64,000 bases of DNA from a virus: positions 32,001 to 96,000 of IMG/VR virus record IMGVR_UViG_3300028920_002946, one strand, 5' to 3'. Shown piece after piece: positions 55,806-63,957 of this stretch; position 1 is the stretch's first letter, and each line of letters starts with the position of its first letter. The notes under the pieces were generated by a model. It was not told the origin of the DNA, did no database searches, and saw nothing but the letters and a program-made list of their open reading frames with translations. Position numbers and translations under genes: made by a program.

Positions 55806-57247
55806 CTCTGGCCCCCCTTGATGACCTCCCCGACCTCCAGAAGCTTCTGCATCATCAGGCCGCTCGGTATCATGACCTCCCTCACGGCCTCCTCGAGGTC
55901 GGAGGGGTCCTGCATGTCAGCCTTCGCCTTCCTCAGCAGCGCCGCGGCGCCCTCGAACACCCTGATGTACTTGTCGTACATCTCGTCGAACAGGTTCTTG
56001 GTGTTCGTGACCTCGGCCTTGGAGTCCGCGATGTGCTCCGGCAGCGACTTGATGCGGACGCCGTCGCCCTGCCTGAAGATGCCGGCCGCCACCTTGCCCT
56101 CGAGGCGCGACGCCAGGGCCTCGTAGCCCCTCCCGCGTAGGTTGGCGGCGCACCTCCGCACGAGGGAGGAGGCCGAGGAGGCGACGATGCGCTTGTGGCC
56201 GCGCTCGTACTTGTCGATCAGCTCGTAGATGACATCCCTTTTCGCCGTGTCCCTCTCGGACATCGCCTGCGACTCCAGGAACCGCAGCGTCGGGTCAGCC
56301 CGCGCCGGGATCCCCTTCCGCAGGGCGCCGGCGGGGGACGGCTGCGAAAGCCAATGCTTCCCCTCCGCAGCCTGGCGGCCCGCCGGGGAAACCTCGCCGG
56401 CCTTGGCCGCGTCTATCAGCTCCCGGAACCACCGCTTGCGCTCGGGGTCGGTTTCCCTCTGCATCTCCCTCGTGAGGTAGTCCGACACGAGGACGCCGAC
56501 GACGCGCGGCGAATAGGTGGCAGGCGACTCCCGGCCCGTCCCCGGCTCGATTTCGGTGTACGGCTCGCCCCTCCGCAGCATGGGAGCGCCGTACGGCACC
56601 TCGCGGGGCTCCCTTCCCGGCGGCGCGCCCCGGCCCCTCGGCCTCCTCGCCGGCGGGGTCCACAGCGGGGGCAGCGAGGCGGCCACCTCCTTCACGAGGG
56701 AGGCGTATTTCTCAAGGCCCCTCTGTTCCAGATCGCCCATCAGATCCTCGAGCGAGGGCGCGGGCCCGGCCGCGCTGCGGTCCGCCCTCTCCTCCGTCCA
56801 ATTTCTCCTGTCCCCGAGGTAGTCTTCGATGTACCCCTTGGCGGCCTCGGAGAGCCACCCCTTGATTTCGGCGTCCGACTTGAACGCGCCCAGCTCGCGG
56901 AAGGTGACATTCCCCCCGCCGGCCTCGTCGACCGACAGGAGGGCCCTGTCAGGCGGGACCCCGGCCGCCTTGGCCTTTTCGGTCAGCGACGCGAGGCTCG
57001 GTGCGGGGATGTCCACCCTGTCCAGAACGTCGCCGGCGCCGGCGCCCCCGGCGCCCGCATAGAGCCTCATCCCCTTGTTTCCGAACCGACCGACGCCCGG
57101 GCCGATATTCCTGTCCCGCGCCGAGTCATAAAGGTTGGCCACGAGGGCGTTCTCCGGGAAATCCACCACATCGTAACGGCCCGTCGGCTTCGGCGTCGGC
57201 GGCTCCGGAACATCGTGGGGGGACCAGACGGCTGCGCGCTCGCTCAT
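55802..57247 (-). CDS. Multi-segment hypothetical protein with degenerate LESKG-like tags
   Basis: GDLEQRGLEKYASLVKEVAASL and SLVRRCAANLRGRGYEALASRLEGKVAA. Confidence 0.65.
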   Translation of the reverse strand: MSERAAVWSPHDVPEPPTPKPTGRYDVVDFPENALVANLYDSARDRNIGPGVGRFGNKGMRLYAGAGGAGAGDVLDRVDIPAPSLASLTEKAKAAGVPPDRALLSVDEAGGGNVTFRELGAFKSDAEIKGWLSEAAKGYIEDYLGDRRNWTEERADRSAAGPAPSLEDLMGDLEQRGLEKYASLVKEVAASLPPLWTPPARRPRGRGAPPGREPREVPYGAPMLRRGEPYTEIEPGTGRESPATYSPRVVGVLVSDYLTREMQRETDPERKRWFRELIDAAKAGEVSPAGRQAAEGKHWLSQPSPAGALRKGIPARADPTLRFLESQAMSERDTAKRDVIYELIDKYERGHKRIVASSASSLVRRCAANLRGRGYEALASRLEGKVAAGIFRQGDGVRIKSLPEHIADSKAEVTNTKNLFDEMYDKYIRVFEGAAALLRKAKADMQDPSDLEEAVREVMIPSGLMMQKLLEVGEVIKGGQR

Positions 57248-57260
57248 GAGTCTTCACCTT

Positions 57261-57980
57261 TCATGCGGGAAAGTATCCCCCGATCCTGTCGTCGAAATAC
57301 TTGACCTTCCGCGGCGGCAGAAACGACTTCAGCCCGCCCACGTAGTAGGAGAAGGAGTCCGCCCAGTCGTCCCACGGGTTGCGGCGGGCGTAGAACCTCG
57401 TGTACCCGGCGTCCGGGTCGTACCACCACTCGCCCGTCATCTCGGGGGCGCCTCGCTCCCTTATGCGGAGCCTCCTCAGCCCCGGCGCGGGCTTCTCGGA
57501 CCATTTCGAAAGCCCCGTCCAATCCGGCCGCTTGCTCAGTTCCAGCCCGCCGGCCCCCCGCGCCTCGTCCCAGCCGTGCCCCAGCTCGTGGAACAGCGTC
57601 TGGTCGAACTTGTCGAGGCTCGCGCCCGCGTCGGGATCCACCTCGAAGAGGCCGTCGTCCAGCAGCCTGCTGTTCAACACCAGGGCGCCGTTGCTGTAGA
57701 CACCGTGGTTGGGGAAGTACTCGCGCGACTCGCCCATGTCCTCGAAGCCGATCGACGTGACGCCGCAGTCCCGCACGAGCGTTGGCGGCAGCCTCGATAT
57801 GCTCTCCCCCAAATGGCGCAGGCAATCAATGCCGGGGTGGCCGGTAACGGTGATGCCGTACCTGCCCTTGAGCATGGACAGTATCTCGCCGCGGTCGACG
57901 GAGTCGTCGAGGTCCGCCGCGACGCGCCTCAGCTTCCTGGCGATTTTGACGGTAAGCAAATGTCCCTCCACAGACACCAT
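57261..57980 (-). CDS. Zincin metallopeptidase (lethal-factor/MPTase-like)
   Basis: TLFHELGHGWD (HExxH) and FYARRNPWDDWADSF. An alternative TTG start at 57959 follows a GGAGGG SD. Confidence 0.75.
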   Translation of the reverse strand: MVSVEGHLLTVKIARKLRRVAADLDDSVDRGEILSMLKGRYGITVTGHPGIDCLRHLGESISRLPPTLVRDCGVTSIGFEDMGESREYFPNHGVYSNGALVLNSRLLDDGLFEVDPDAGASLDKFDQTLFHELGHGWDEARGAGGLELSKRPDWTGLSKWSEKPAPGLRRLRIRERGAPEMTGEWWYDPDAGYTRFYARRNPWDDWADSFSYYVGGLKSFLPPRKVKYFDDRIGGYFPA

Positions 57981-57998
57981 ATGTGCTATGGACGGAAC

Positions 57999-58012
57999 AT
58001 TAACAGAGTATT
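57999..58012 (-). promoter_or_regulatory. Candidate late promoter (metallopeptidase operon)
   Basis: AATACTCTGTTAAT. Confidence 0.65.
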
Positions 58013-58048
58013 GGATTTAGGGCAGTAGGCGGCACCCCGCCGGCGCGG

Positions 58049-58276
58049 TCAGTACCCCTGTTGCTGGCTTCTGCCGTACGGGTAGAAAAACGTCGTGCCT
58101 GCGCCCTGCAGGTTGCGCTGGTGCTGGAAGTCTATGTCGCGGACAAGATTCCCCGAAACGTTGATGACGGCGTCGCCGTCGGCGCCGCCCATGTCGGAGT
58201 CGCGGAGGTTGTAGAGGCCCCCGGTCCCGCCCGTGCTCTGGTTCGCGCCCTCCTGCCCGACCCTTCTGTCTGACAT
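58049..58276 (-). CDS. Small hypothetical protein (75 aa)
   Basis: ATG 58276 with SD GGAG; own late-promoter motif at 58316. Confidence 0.55.
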   Translation of the reverse strand: MSDRRVGQEGANQSTGGTGGLYNLRDSDMGGADGDAVINVSGNLVRDIDFQHQRNLQGAGTTFFYPYGRSQQQGY

Positions 58277-58315
58277 GTCGCCGACTCCTATGCTGTGTGG
58301 CACATAGGATCCGGC

Positions 58316-58329
58316 ATGAGAAGAATATT
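58316..58329 (-). promoter_or_regulatory. Candidate late promoter
   Basis: AATATTCTTCTCAT, 22 bp after the stop of LAGLIDADG-MTase B. Confidence 0.6.
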
Positions 58330-58351
58330 ACCTGAAAGGAAGTCCGCGGGA

Positions 58352-60946
58352 CTACCGGAACATACCCAGGAACGAGTCCCTCAAGCCCTTGTCCCGGGCG
58401 GCCGCGAAGAGACTCGCCTTGAGGTGCGCGTACGGTTTGCCCGCGTTGAAGAGGCGCTTCATCCTCGATGCAGGATTGCCTGTCGCACTTTCATAGGCGC
58501 CGAACCCCAACGCATCGCCCGCCAAATCGCAAGCATCAAAATACTCCCGTATCCTGTCGACGGGCTTCTTCACGACCCGCCCCGGCTTAAACCCGCACGA
58601 TTCAACGAACTTGTTCCATGAGCCGAATCTGCGCTCCAACACGTGTGCGGGCACGCCGTTGATGCCGTGCCCCTCATAATTGCCCCGTGCAAGCCCGATG
58701 GACGGCGCATTTTCCTTGAACCAACAAACCGCGCCGTCCAAGTCATACCTTTCACGGAAGACACGACGTCCCCTTCTTCTCCTCACCCCTCGAGGCGGGC
58801 GCTGTGTGTGCCTGTCAGGGGGCTCCCAAGTGATAGGGGGGGCCTCGTCAACCGAACAGAAGGACAGAATATCCTCATGGGCCCCGCCATTGAAGTTTCT
58901 GACAGGAACGGCAAACTTCTCAAACAGATGAAACCCCACAGACTTGCAGAGTCGTATGGTGTCCTCTATCAAAGGCGCGCAGGAGCGCTCCGAAAGACAC
59001 ACGGAGAACACCCCGCCGGGCGCAAGCGACCCTATGCAGTTGCGGACGGTGGGATCCCAATAACCCTCTATCCACCGCCGATAGTCGGGGAACTTCGCCA
59101 CACTCTGGGTGCTCTCGTCGCTGTACCTTTCGTAATCGAAGTACGGGGGGCTCGAGAAGGCGACGCTAAAGGCCCCGGGTTTGGGGCCGAAACCCTCCGA
59201 TCCGGATTTGACCACATCAAACCTCCCCCCGACCACGGGACGAAGAAACGACCCGAAGCGCTCCAAGTTGGAGGCCGTCTCCGAACAGGGTTCGACGCAC
59301 ACATAGTCCATGCCCAGAGACATGGCCCCGAGCATGCGGGACCCGTACCCGCCGCTGTAGTCCAGCACCCGCCCGTTGGCGCCATACCTGTAGAACACAA
59401 ACCTCGCCACGGAGGGCTTGAAATTGCTCACGCATAGCCGCATGGCCTTGAATCCCCTGCGCATCGAAGCCTCGCCCACGCGGTCCGCATGCTCAAGGCG
59501 GTTTCTGACATAGCCCCGCATGAAGGACTCGTCCCGCCACAAATCAACAGGCGAGGCGTGGCCCTTGCGGCTCGCGGAGTACATGTTCGGAAAAAAGCCC
59601 TCGCACAGTATCATGCCCGCCGAACTATGAGCCAAAACGCCCCCCTCGTCCCTGATAATCGATGAACGCTTGAAAGACGAAGCCAGATACTCGGCCCTCT
59701 TCGCGCTGAGGGACATATAGGGAAACGGTTTGCCCCAATATCTTCTGAACAGGGTGTCCTCCATCGCCGACTTCACGGGATCCGGGGACAGCCGATAGAA
59801 TTTCGGGCGCGGGTCGCCGACGAGCGCGGACACCCGGGCGACCTCCTCCGCGGACAGGAAATCCTCGGGTATCTTGTAGTACATGTCGGGGGTGGCGACC
59901 CCAAGCACGATGCGGAAAAAATCGCGGTAGTGGCTTTTCGACACTGTCACGTTATGGCCCGAAAGGGAAAACCCCCATCCGTATCTGTCCTCCAACCAAC
60001 CGACGAAGCGCTCAATCTGCGAGCGGTCGCCGCAGAAGTTGGCTATGGACATCTGCCTCCTCTCGTCGTCGTAACTGCCGTCGTCCAGGAACCAATAGCC
60101 CAAAATGCGGTCATCCCAATTCTCCTCGATGAACTTAAGAGGGACTGCCTTGCCCGGCACACCATCGGTGTAGAAGGCTTCTCGAAACTCCGCGAAAGCG
60201 GGATGCGTGACCGTATTAATTCTGAACTCATTTCTATCGTGATCCTTCATAATTCTATTTGAGTAGGGCTCAAGGGCAACCATCTTGCTTCTTAAGTAGT
60301 CTTTTTGTTTTGCCGAGTGAGTTTCATAATATCTCGGTGACCTGTCGATGCCGCCGTCGCCGAGGAGGCCCCCTATGATGAGGAAACGCTGCTCTTTGGT
60401 AAGAGCGGGATATTGACCCTGTCGCCAATCCTCCTTTGGCCCTATGCCCCTCTGACGTAGAACAGGAAGCCAAACGGTCTTCGACAACCCCACCTTCTCC
60501 GAAAAAGCGTCGTTCGTCATGGAGTGGTACATGGATCGCAATTCATCGGTCGACATGGAAACCAGACGTTCGGACGCGTTCCGCGTCTTTGAAAATTTGT
60601 CCGTAGCGAGCAGACCTATCCTTTTTCGTCGGTATGCCACACCCGGGCCTGTCAAGCCGAAACGACGCCCAATTTCCTCGTCGGAAAGTCCCTGCTCGCA
60701 AAATCCCTTGAGGACATCATCCGTCAATAGCTTTCTCAGCCCCTTTTTCTTGCCCGTGTACGCAACACGGACATCAGAGCGACCAACGCTCTTGGGGTTT
60801 GTGGGAATGCCGTATTTCCTCAAGAGCTTAAAAACGGCGTCCTCAGTCACTCCGACCAACGAACCTATCTCCCGGCACCGAAGACCGTGTGTGGAGTACA
60901 GCTGCCTAAGACTCTCTTCATCGAGTTTGTCAAACGAATAGTTCAT
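58352..60946 (-). CDS. HTH-LAGLIDADG endonuclease-DNA amino-methyltransferase fusion (copy B) with C-terminal homing-endonuclease-associated repeat
   Basis: Three HTH repeats; LIIGGLLGDG, THSAKQKDYL, LGYWFLDDGS; MTase VLDYSGGYGSRMLGA and FSSPPYFDYE; C-terminal HVLERRFGSWNKFVESCG. Start moved to ATG 60946. Confidence 0.8.
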   Translation of the reverse strand: MNYSFDKLDEESLRQLYSTHGLRCREIGSLVGVTEDAVFKLLRKYGIPTNPKSVGRSDVRVAYTGKKKGLRKLLTDDVLKGFCEQGLSDEEIGRRFGLTGPGVAYRRKRIGLLATDKFSKTRNASERLVSMSTDELRSMYHSMTNDAFSEKVGLSKTVWLPVLRQRGIGPKEDWRQGQYPALTKEQRFLIIGGLLGDGGIDRSPRYYETHSAKQKDYLRSKMVALEPYSNRIMKDHDRNEFRINTVTHPAFAEFREAFYTDGVPGKAVPLKFIEENWDDRILGYWFLDDGSYDDERRQMSIANFCGDRSQIERFVGWLEDRYGWGFSLSGHNVTVSKSHYRDFFRIVLGVATPDMYYKIPEDFLSAEEVARVSALVGDPRPKFYRLSPDPVKSAMEDTLFRRYWGKPFPYMSLSAKRAEYLASSFKRSSIIRDEGGVLAHSSAGMILCEGFFPNMYSASRKGHASPVDLWRDESFMRGYVRNRLEHADRVGEASMRRGFKAMRLCVSNFKPSVARFVFYRYGANGRVLDYSGGYGSRMLGAMSLGMDYVCVEPCSETASNLERFGSFLRPVVGGRFDVVKSGSEGFGPKPGAFSVAFSSPPYFDYERYSDESTQSVAKFPDYRRWIEGYWDPTVRNCIGSLAPGGVFSVCLSERSCAPLIEDTIRLCKSVGFHLFEKFAVPVRNFNGGAHEDILSFCSVDEAPPITWEPPDRHTQRPPRGVRRRRGRRVFRERYDLDGAVCWFKENAPSIGLARGNYEGHGINGVPAHVLERRFGSWNKFVESCGFKPGRVVKKPVDRIREYFDACDLAGDALGFGAYESATGNPASRMKRLFNAGKPYAHLKASLFAAARDKGLRDSFLGMFR

Positions 60947-60953
60947 GATAGGT

Positions 60954-60982
60954 AATATAGCATTTGGAGATGCTACTGTCAA
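60954..60982 (-). promoter_or_regulatory. Sigma70-type promoter for LAGLIDADG-MTase B (leaderless)
   Basis: Minus strand reads TTGACA-gtagcatctccaaatgc (17 nt)-TATATT-acctatc-ATG. The TTG that the track took as a start is the -35 box. Confidence 0.8.
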
Positions 60983-61041
60983 TAGTTCTTTTCCCTATTT
61001 CCCAAATGCATATGTTTGCGCTAACGACCCTATAAGTAGAC

Positions 61042-61072
61042 AAAAAAGAGTCGGGGACGAATCCCCGACTCT
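61042..61072 (-). terminator. Rho-independent terminator after the major capsid gene
   Basis: 11-bp stem AGAGTCGGGGA/TCCCCGACTCT, TTCG tetraloop on the minus strand, followed by a T-tract. Confidence 0.9.
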
Positions 61073-61094
61073 CTAATCTGCAACTCGACTGCTA

Positions 61095-61976
61095 CTAGCG
61101 AGCAATCTTCACGCGGCACAGCGCCAGCGGGTTGTAGCAACCAATCCCAAGGTGTTCGAAAATGCTGAACCCTATCCTTCTTGCCCGGGGATCGTCTGCG
61201 CTCAGAACTGTGAGTTCTGTACGGACGGGAATACGCCCGAAGAACTCCGGCTCCGCGCACACGTAGGCGTACCCACGCGCGACCTTACGAGAGACGATGA
61301 CCTGCGCGCCCCAGAGGGTGGCGAGCATGCCGCTCTTCAGCAGCGTGGCCTGGCTCTCGAGGTCGAGGACATCGCGGCCCCACTTCCTCAGGTCGGCGAA
61401 GTCCAGCGCGTTCATGAACACGCGGGCGACCCTGAGGTCGTGCGTCTCGATGCGCGCGTAGGCGTCGATGAGGTTGGAGGGGGTGAGCGGCGCCACGGCG
61501 TTGACCTGGGCGTTGGTGTAGCTGCTGTCCAGGTTGTCGAAACCGTTCGCAGCGACGGCGTCCATGACGTCGAAGATGCGTCCGTCCTCAGCGGCCTGGA
61601 TCTGCGCCTTGCCGAGGTCCTGGGCGCGCTCGATGATGTCGAAGCGGCGCTCCTTGACCTGGGTCAGCGGGATCTCAGGGTTCGAGGCGAGCTCGAAGAG
61701 CGGGAAGGTCACCCTGCGGCCCTTGACCACGGCCAGGATGTTCTCGCCCTCTTCGCCGACCACGAATGCGGTGACGTTGGGGTCCTTGTCGTAGATGGGC
61801 AGTGCGCCATCCGGGAGCTGCTCGACCAGGAATGCCTTCCTGGCGACCGACGTGTAGTCTCTCCGCAGACGGAGAGGCTGGATCATCGACGCAGCGATCT
61901 TCGCACGGCCGGAGGCCGTCTTCAGATACTCGTTGATGATTTGCTGCTTGACCTCGTTGCTGATAGTGTCAGGCAT
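61095..61976 (-). CDS. Major capsid protein (HK97 fold)
   Basis: MIQPLRLRRDYTSVARKAFLVEQLPDGALPIYDKD...FPLFELASNP.I.LTQVK.RRF...QAAED...LWGA.VIVS; strong SD CAGGAGG; followed by a terminator; scaffold-decoration-MCP gene order. Confidence 0.9.
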   Translation of the reverse strand: MPDTISNEVKQQIINEYLKTASGRAKIAASMIQPLRLRRDYTSVARKAFLVEQLPDGALPIYDKDPNVTAFVVGEEGENILAVVKGRRVTFPLFELASNPEIPLTQVKERRFDIIERAQDLGKAQIQAAEDGRIFDVMDAVAANGFDNLDSSYTNAQVNAVAPLTPSNLIDAYARIETHDLRVARVFMNALDFADLRKWGRDVLDLESQATLLKSGMLATLWGAQVIVSRKVARGYAYVCAEPEFFGRIPVRTELTVLSADDPRARRIGFSIFEHLGIGCYNPLALCRVKIAR

Positions 61977-62043
61977 GTTCCTTCCTCCTGTGTGTCACCC
62001 GATCCCCACGAGGGGCGGGATAGTGGTCTTTTCCTCTCCGCCC

Positions 62044-62580
62044 CTAGATGCGCATCTGGACGGCCATGAACGGATCCGACGTCGACGGGGCGATCAGGCA
62101 GATGCCCACGACGACGCTGCCGCCGGACTCCCTCGTCAGCAGGCCGTTCGGGGACACGTACAGCCGGTCGCCAGCCAGATATGTCTGCGCGGCGGCCGCC
62201 TCGGTGTGCGTCTCGTACAGGTCGGTCGTGAACACCGAACTCGCACCGTGCAGGTACGGGCACTTGCCGCTGGCCACGCCCGAGCTGGACTCGAACGGGT
62301 AGCCGACGGCGTTGTTCAGCACGACCCCGATCACGTCGTAGTCGGCTTTCGCCGCCTTGACGGCCACGCCGCTGTCGCCGACGGACACGACCGATCCCGC
62401 CAGCAGACCCTTCGGGGTGTCGGCGCTGAGGCGCGTGTTGGCCATCGCCTGGGCGTTGGTGGCGGGGCGGTTGTCCTGGGTGAGGTCATCCTCGTTCAGG
62501 TTCATCAGCGTGTTGAGGTTCCCGCGAGACAGGACGTTCATGCCTCTGTCAGGGACGATCCCACTTGCTTCTCCGATCAT
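62044..62580 (-). CDS. Capsid decoration/cement protein
   Basis: 178 aa beta-rich protein between scaffold and MCP; G.VV...SG..PYLHG...F.TD.YE...Y..GD.LYVS.NGLLT. Confidence 0.7.
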   Translation of the reverse strand: MIGEASGIVPDRGMNVLSRGNLNTLMNLNEDDLTQDNRPATNAQAMANTRLSADTPKGLLAGSVVSVGDSGVAVKAAKADYDVIGVVLNNAVGYPFESSSGVASGKCPYLHGASSVFTTDLYETHTEAAAAQTYLAGDRLYVSPNGLLTRESGGSVVVGICLIAPSTSDPFMAVQMRI

Positions 62581-62667
62581 GCGAAGCCTCCTGTTTTTTC
62601 ACCCAATCCCCAACCCGGGGCGGGTAGTCGTTCACATGCGCCCCCTCGCGGGGGCGCGGAGTTCCCT

Positions 62668-63879
62668 CTACTGCTGGAAGAGGTGGTTGATGTCCGGCGG
62701 CGTCCCGGCCATCAGGACCGAGTCCAGGTCGGCCGCGGCGCCCTCGCTGGCCTGCTTCCTCACCAGGCCGCTGAGCTTCGACGCGCCCTTCTTGTCCGCC
62801 GAGGCGGTCACGTTCGAGAAGATCTGGCTGAGGATGTCGTCGCTGGCGTCCTTGCCCTCGTCCTCGTCCTCGCCGAAGGAGATGTCCATCTCGTCGTCGT
62901 CCTTCTTCTCCTCCTTCTTCTCTTCCTTCTCCTCCTTCTTCCCGTCGCCCTCGTCGTCCTTGCCGTCGTCGCCCGTCATCGGGCACTCGTCGGTGCCGCC
63001 GCGCGGGCCGGTGCCGTCGGGTATACCGGGACCCTTCTTCGATCCGGCGGTCTTCTCGGCAGTCTCCTCATCGGCGGCCTCGGACTCCTTCGGCTCCTCC
63101 TCCTCCGACGCGTTGCTGATGTTCATCTCCGGGTCGTTGGTGTTGATGGAGGACACGCCCTTCTTGGCGGCTTCCTTCACGATCTCCTGCGCCAGTTCCA
63201 TGGCCATCGAGGCGAGCTTCTTCTGCAGGAACGGGGGAAGTTCCTCCTTCTCCTTTTCCTCCTTCTTCGCCTCCTTGTCGTCGGACGCCTCCGCCTCGGC
63301 GGGGGCCTCGGCGGCTGCCTCGGCGGGGGCCTCGGCGGCTGCCTCGTCGGGGGCCTCGGCGGCCTCCTCCGCGTCATCGGCGGACTTCTCGGCGGCGGCG
63401 GCGATCTCGCGGGCCAGCTTCTCCTGGCGGGCGAGCGTGCCGTTCAGGCAGTCGTCGGGCATGTGCATGAACGCGGCCGACTGGGCCTCGATGTCCTTCT
63501 TCGAGGCGCCGGGGAGCGCGCGCTGTGACGCGACGATGGCCCGCACGGCCTTTTCCTCGAGCCTGCGGACGTTCGCGATCGCCTCGGCGGCGTCCTTCTC
63601 GGTGTCGCCGGCGTACTTGTGCTTGTCGATGAGGGGCGCGTGGCCGGTCTCCTCGCGCTTGCTGTCGTCCGCGGCCGGGTTCTTCGTGTTCGGGTCCTCG
63701 GCCCAGGCGGAGGGGTCGCCCTTGGCGTACTCCTCGCGGGACGGATCGTTCCTCTCGTGATCCGTGTCGTTCATGTCGTAGACATCGTTGTCGATGCCGG
63801 AGCCCTTGGACTCCTTGGTTGCGCCGCGGCCCTGCACCGTGAGATCCTCGGCGACGCGGGTAGTCAGTCGTTGCCTCAT
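62668..63879 (-). CDS. Prohead scaffold/core protein
   Basis: 403 aa, highly acidic and Ala/Lys-rich coiled coil, upstream of decoration and MCP genes; 24-bp tandem repeat x3 at 63293-63364 (EAPAEAAA). Confidence 0.7.
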   Translation of the reverse strand: MRQRLTTRVAEDLTVQGRGATKESKGSGIDNDVYDMNDTDHERNDPSREEYAKGDPSAWAEDPNTKNPAADDSKREETGHAPLIDKHKYAGDTEKDAAEAIANVRRLEEKAVRAIVASQRALPGASKKDIEAQSAAFMHMPDDCLNGTLARQEKLAREIAAAAEKSADDAEEAAEAPDEAAAEAPAEAAAEAPAEAEASDDKEAKKEEKEKEELPPFLQKKLASMAMELAQEIVKEAAKKGVSSINTNDPEMNISNASEEEEPKESEAADEETAEKTAGSKKGPGIPDGTGPRGGTDECPMTGDDGKDDEGDGKKEEKEEKKEEKKDDDEMDISFGEDEDEGKDASDDILSQIFSNVTASADKKGASKLSGLVRKQASEGAAADLDSVLMAGTPPDINHLFQQ

Positions 63880-63957
63880 GCTGTTCCTCCTGTGTCCTGT
63901 AGGAAGTCTCCCTCACGGGGGGACCGGACCATGTACATTCGACACTAATTTTCCTAC

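Noticed and set aside
35860-60946. Intein or group I intron explanation for the LAGLIDADG domains
   Set aside because: No Hint-domain blocks or HN-[CST] junctions were seen, the nuclease lies N-terminal to an intact MTase rather than interrupting it, and flanking genes appear uninterrupted.
61031-61044. Additional partial late-motif matches (61031, 55266, 51146, 39098, 29938)
   Set aside because: They have two or more mismatches or lie within coding sequence, so they were not counted.
63293-63364. 24-bp tandem repeat x3 in the scaffold gene (also EPKQ repeats in the 21317-22411 gene)
   Set aside because: These are in-frame low-complexity coding repeats typical of scaffold-like proteins.
69-63948. 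Many long plus-strand ORFs (e.g. 10698-13040, 16811-19846, 31007-33775, 47735-50599, 51524-54133)
   Set aside because: They are antisense shadows of real minus-strand genes, caused by high GC3 codon bias. They are rich in V/L/R/H/G with no motifs, SDs or operon logic.
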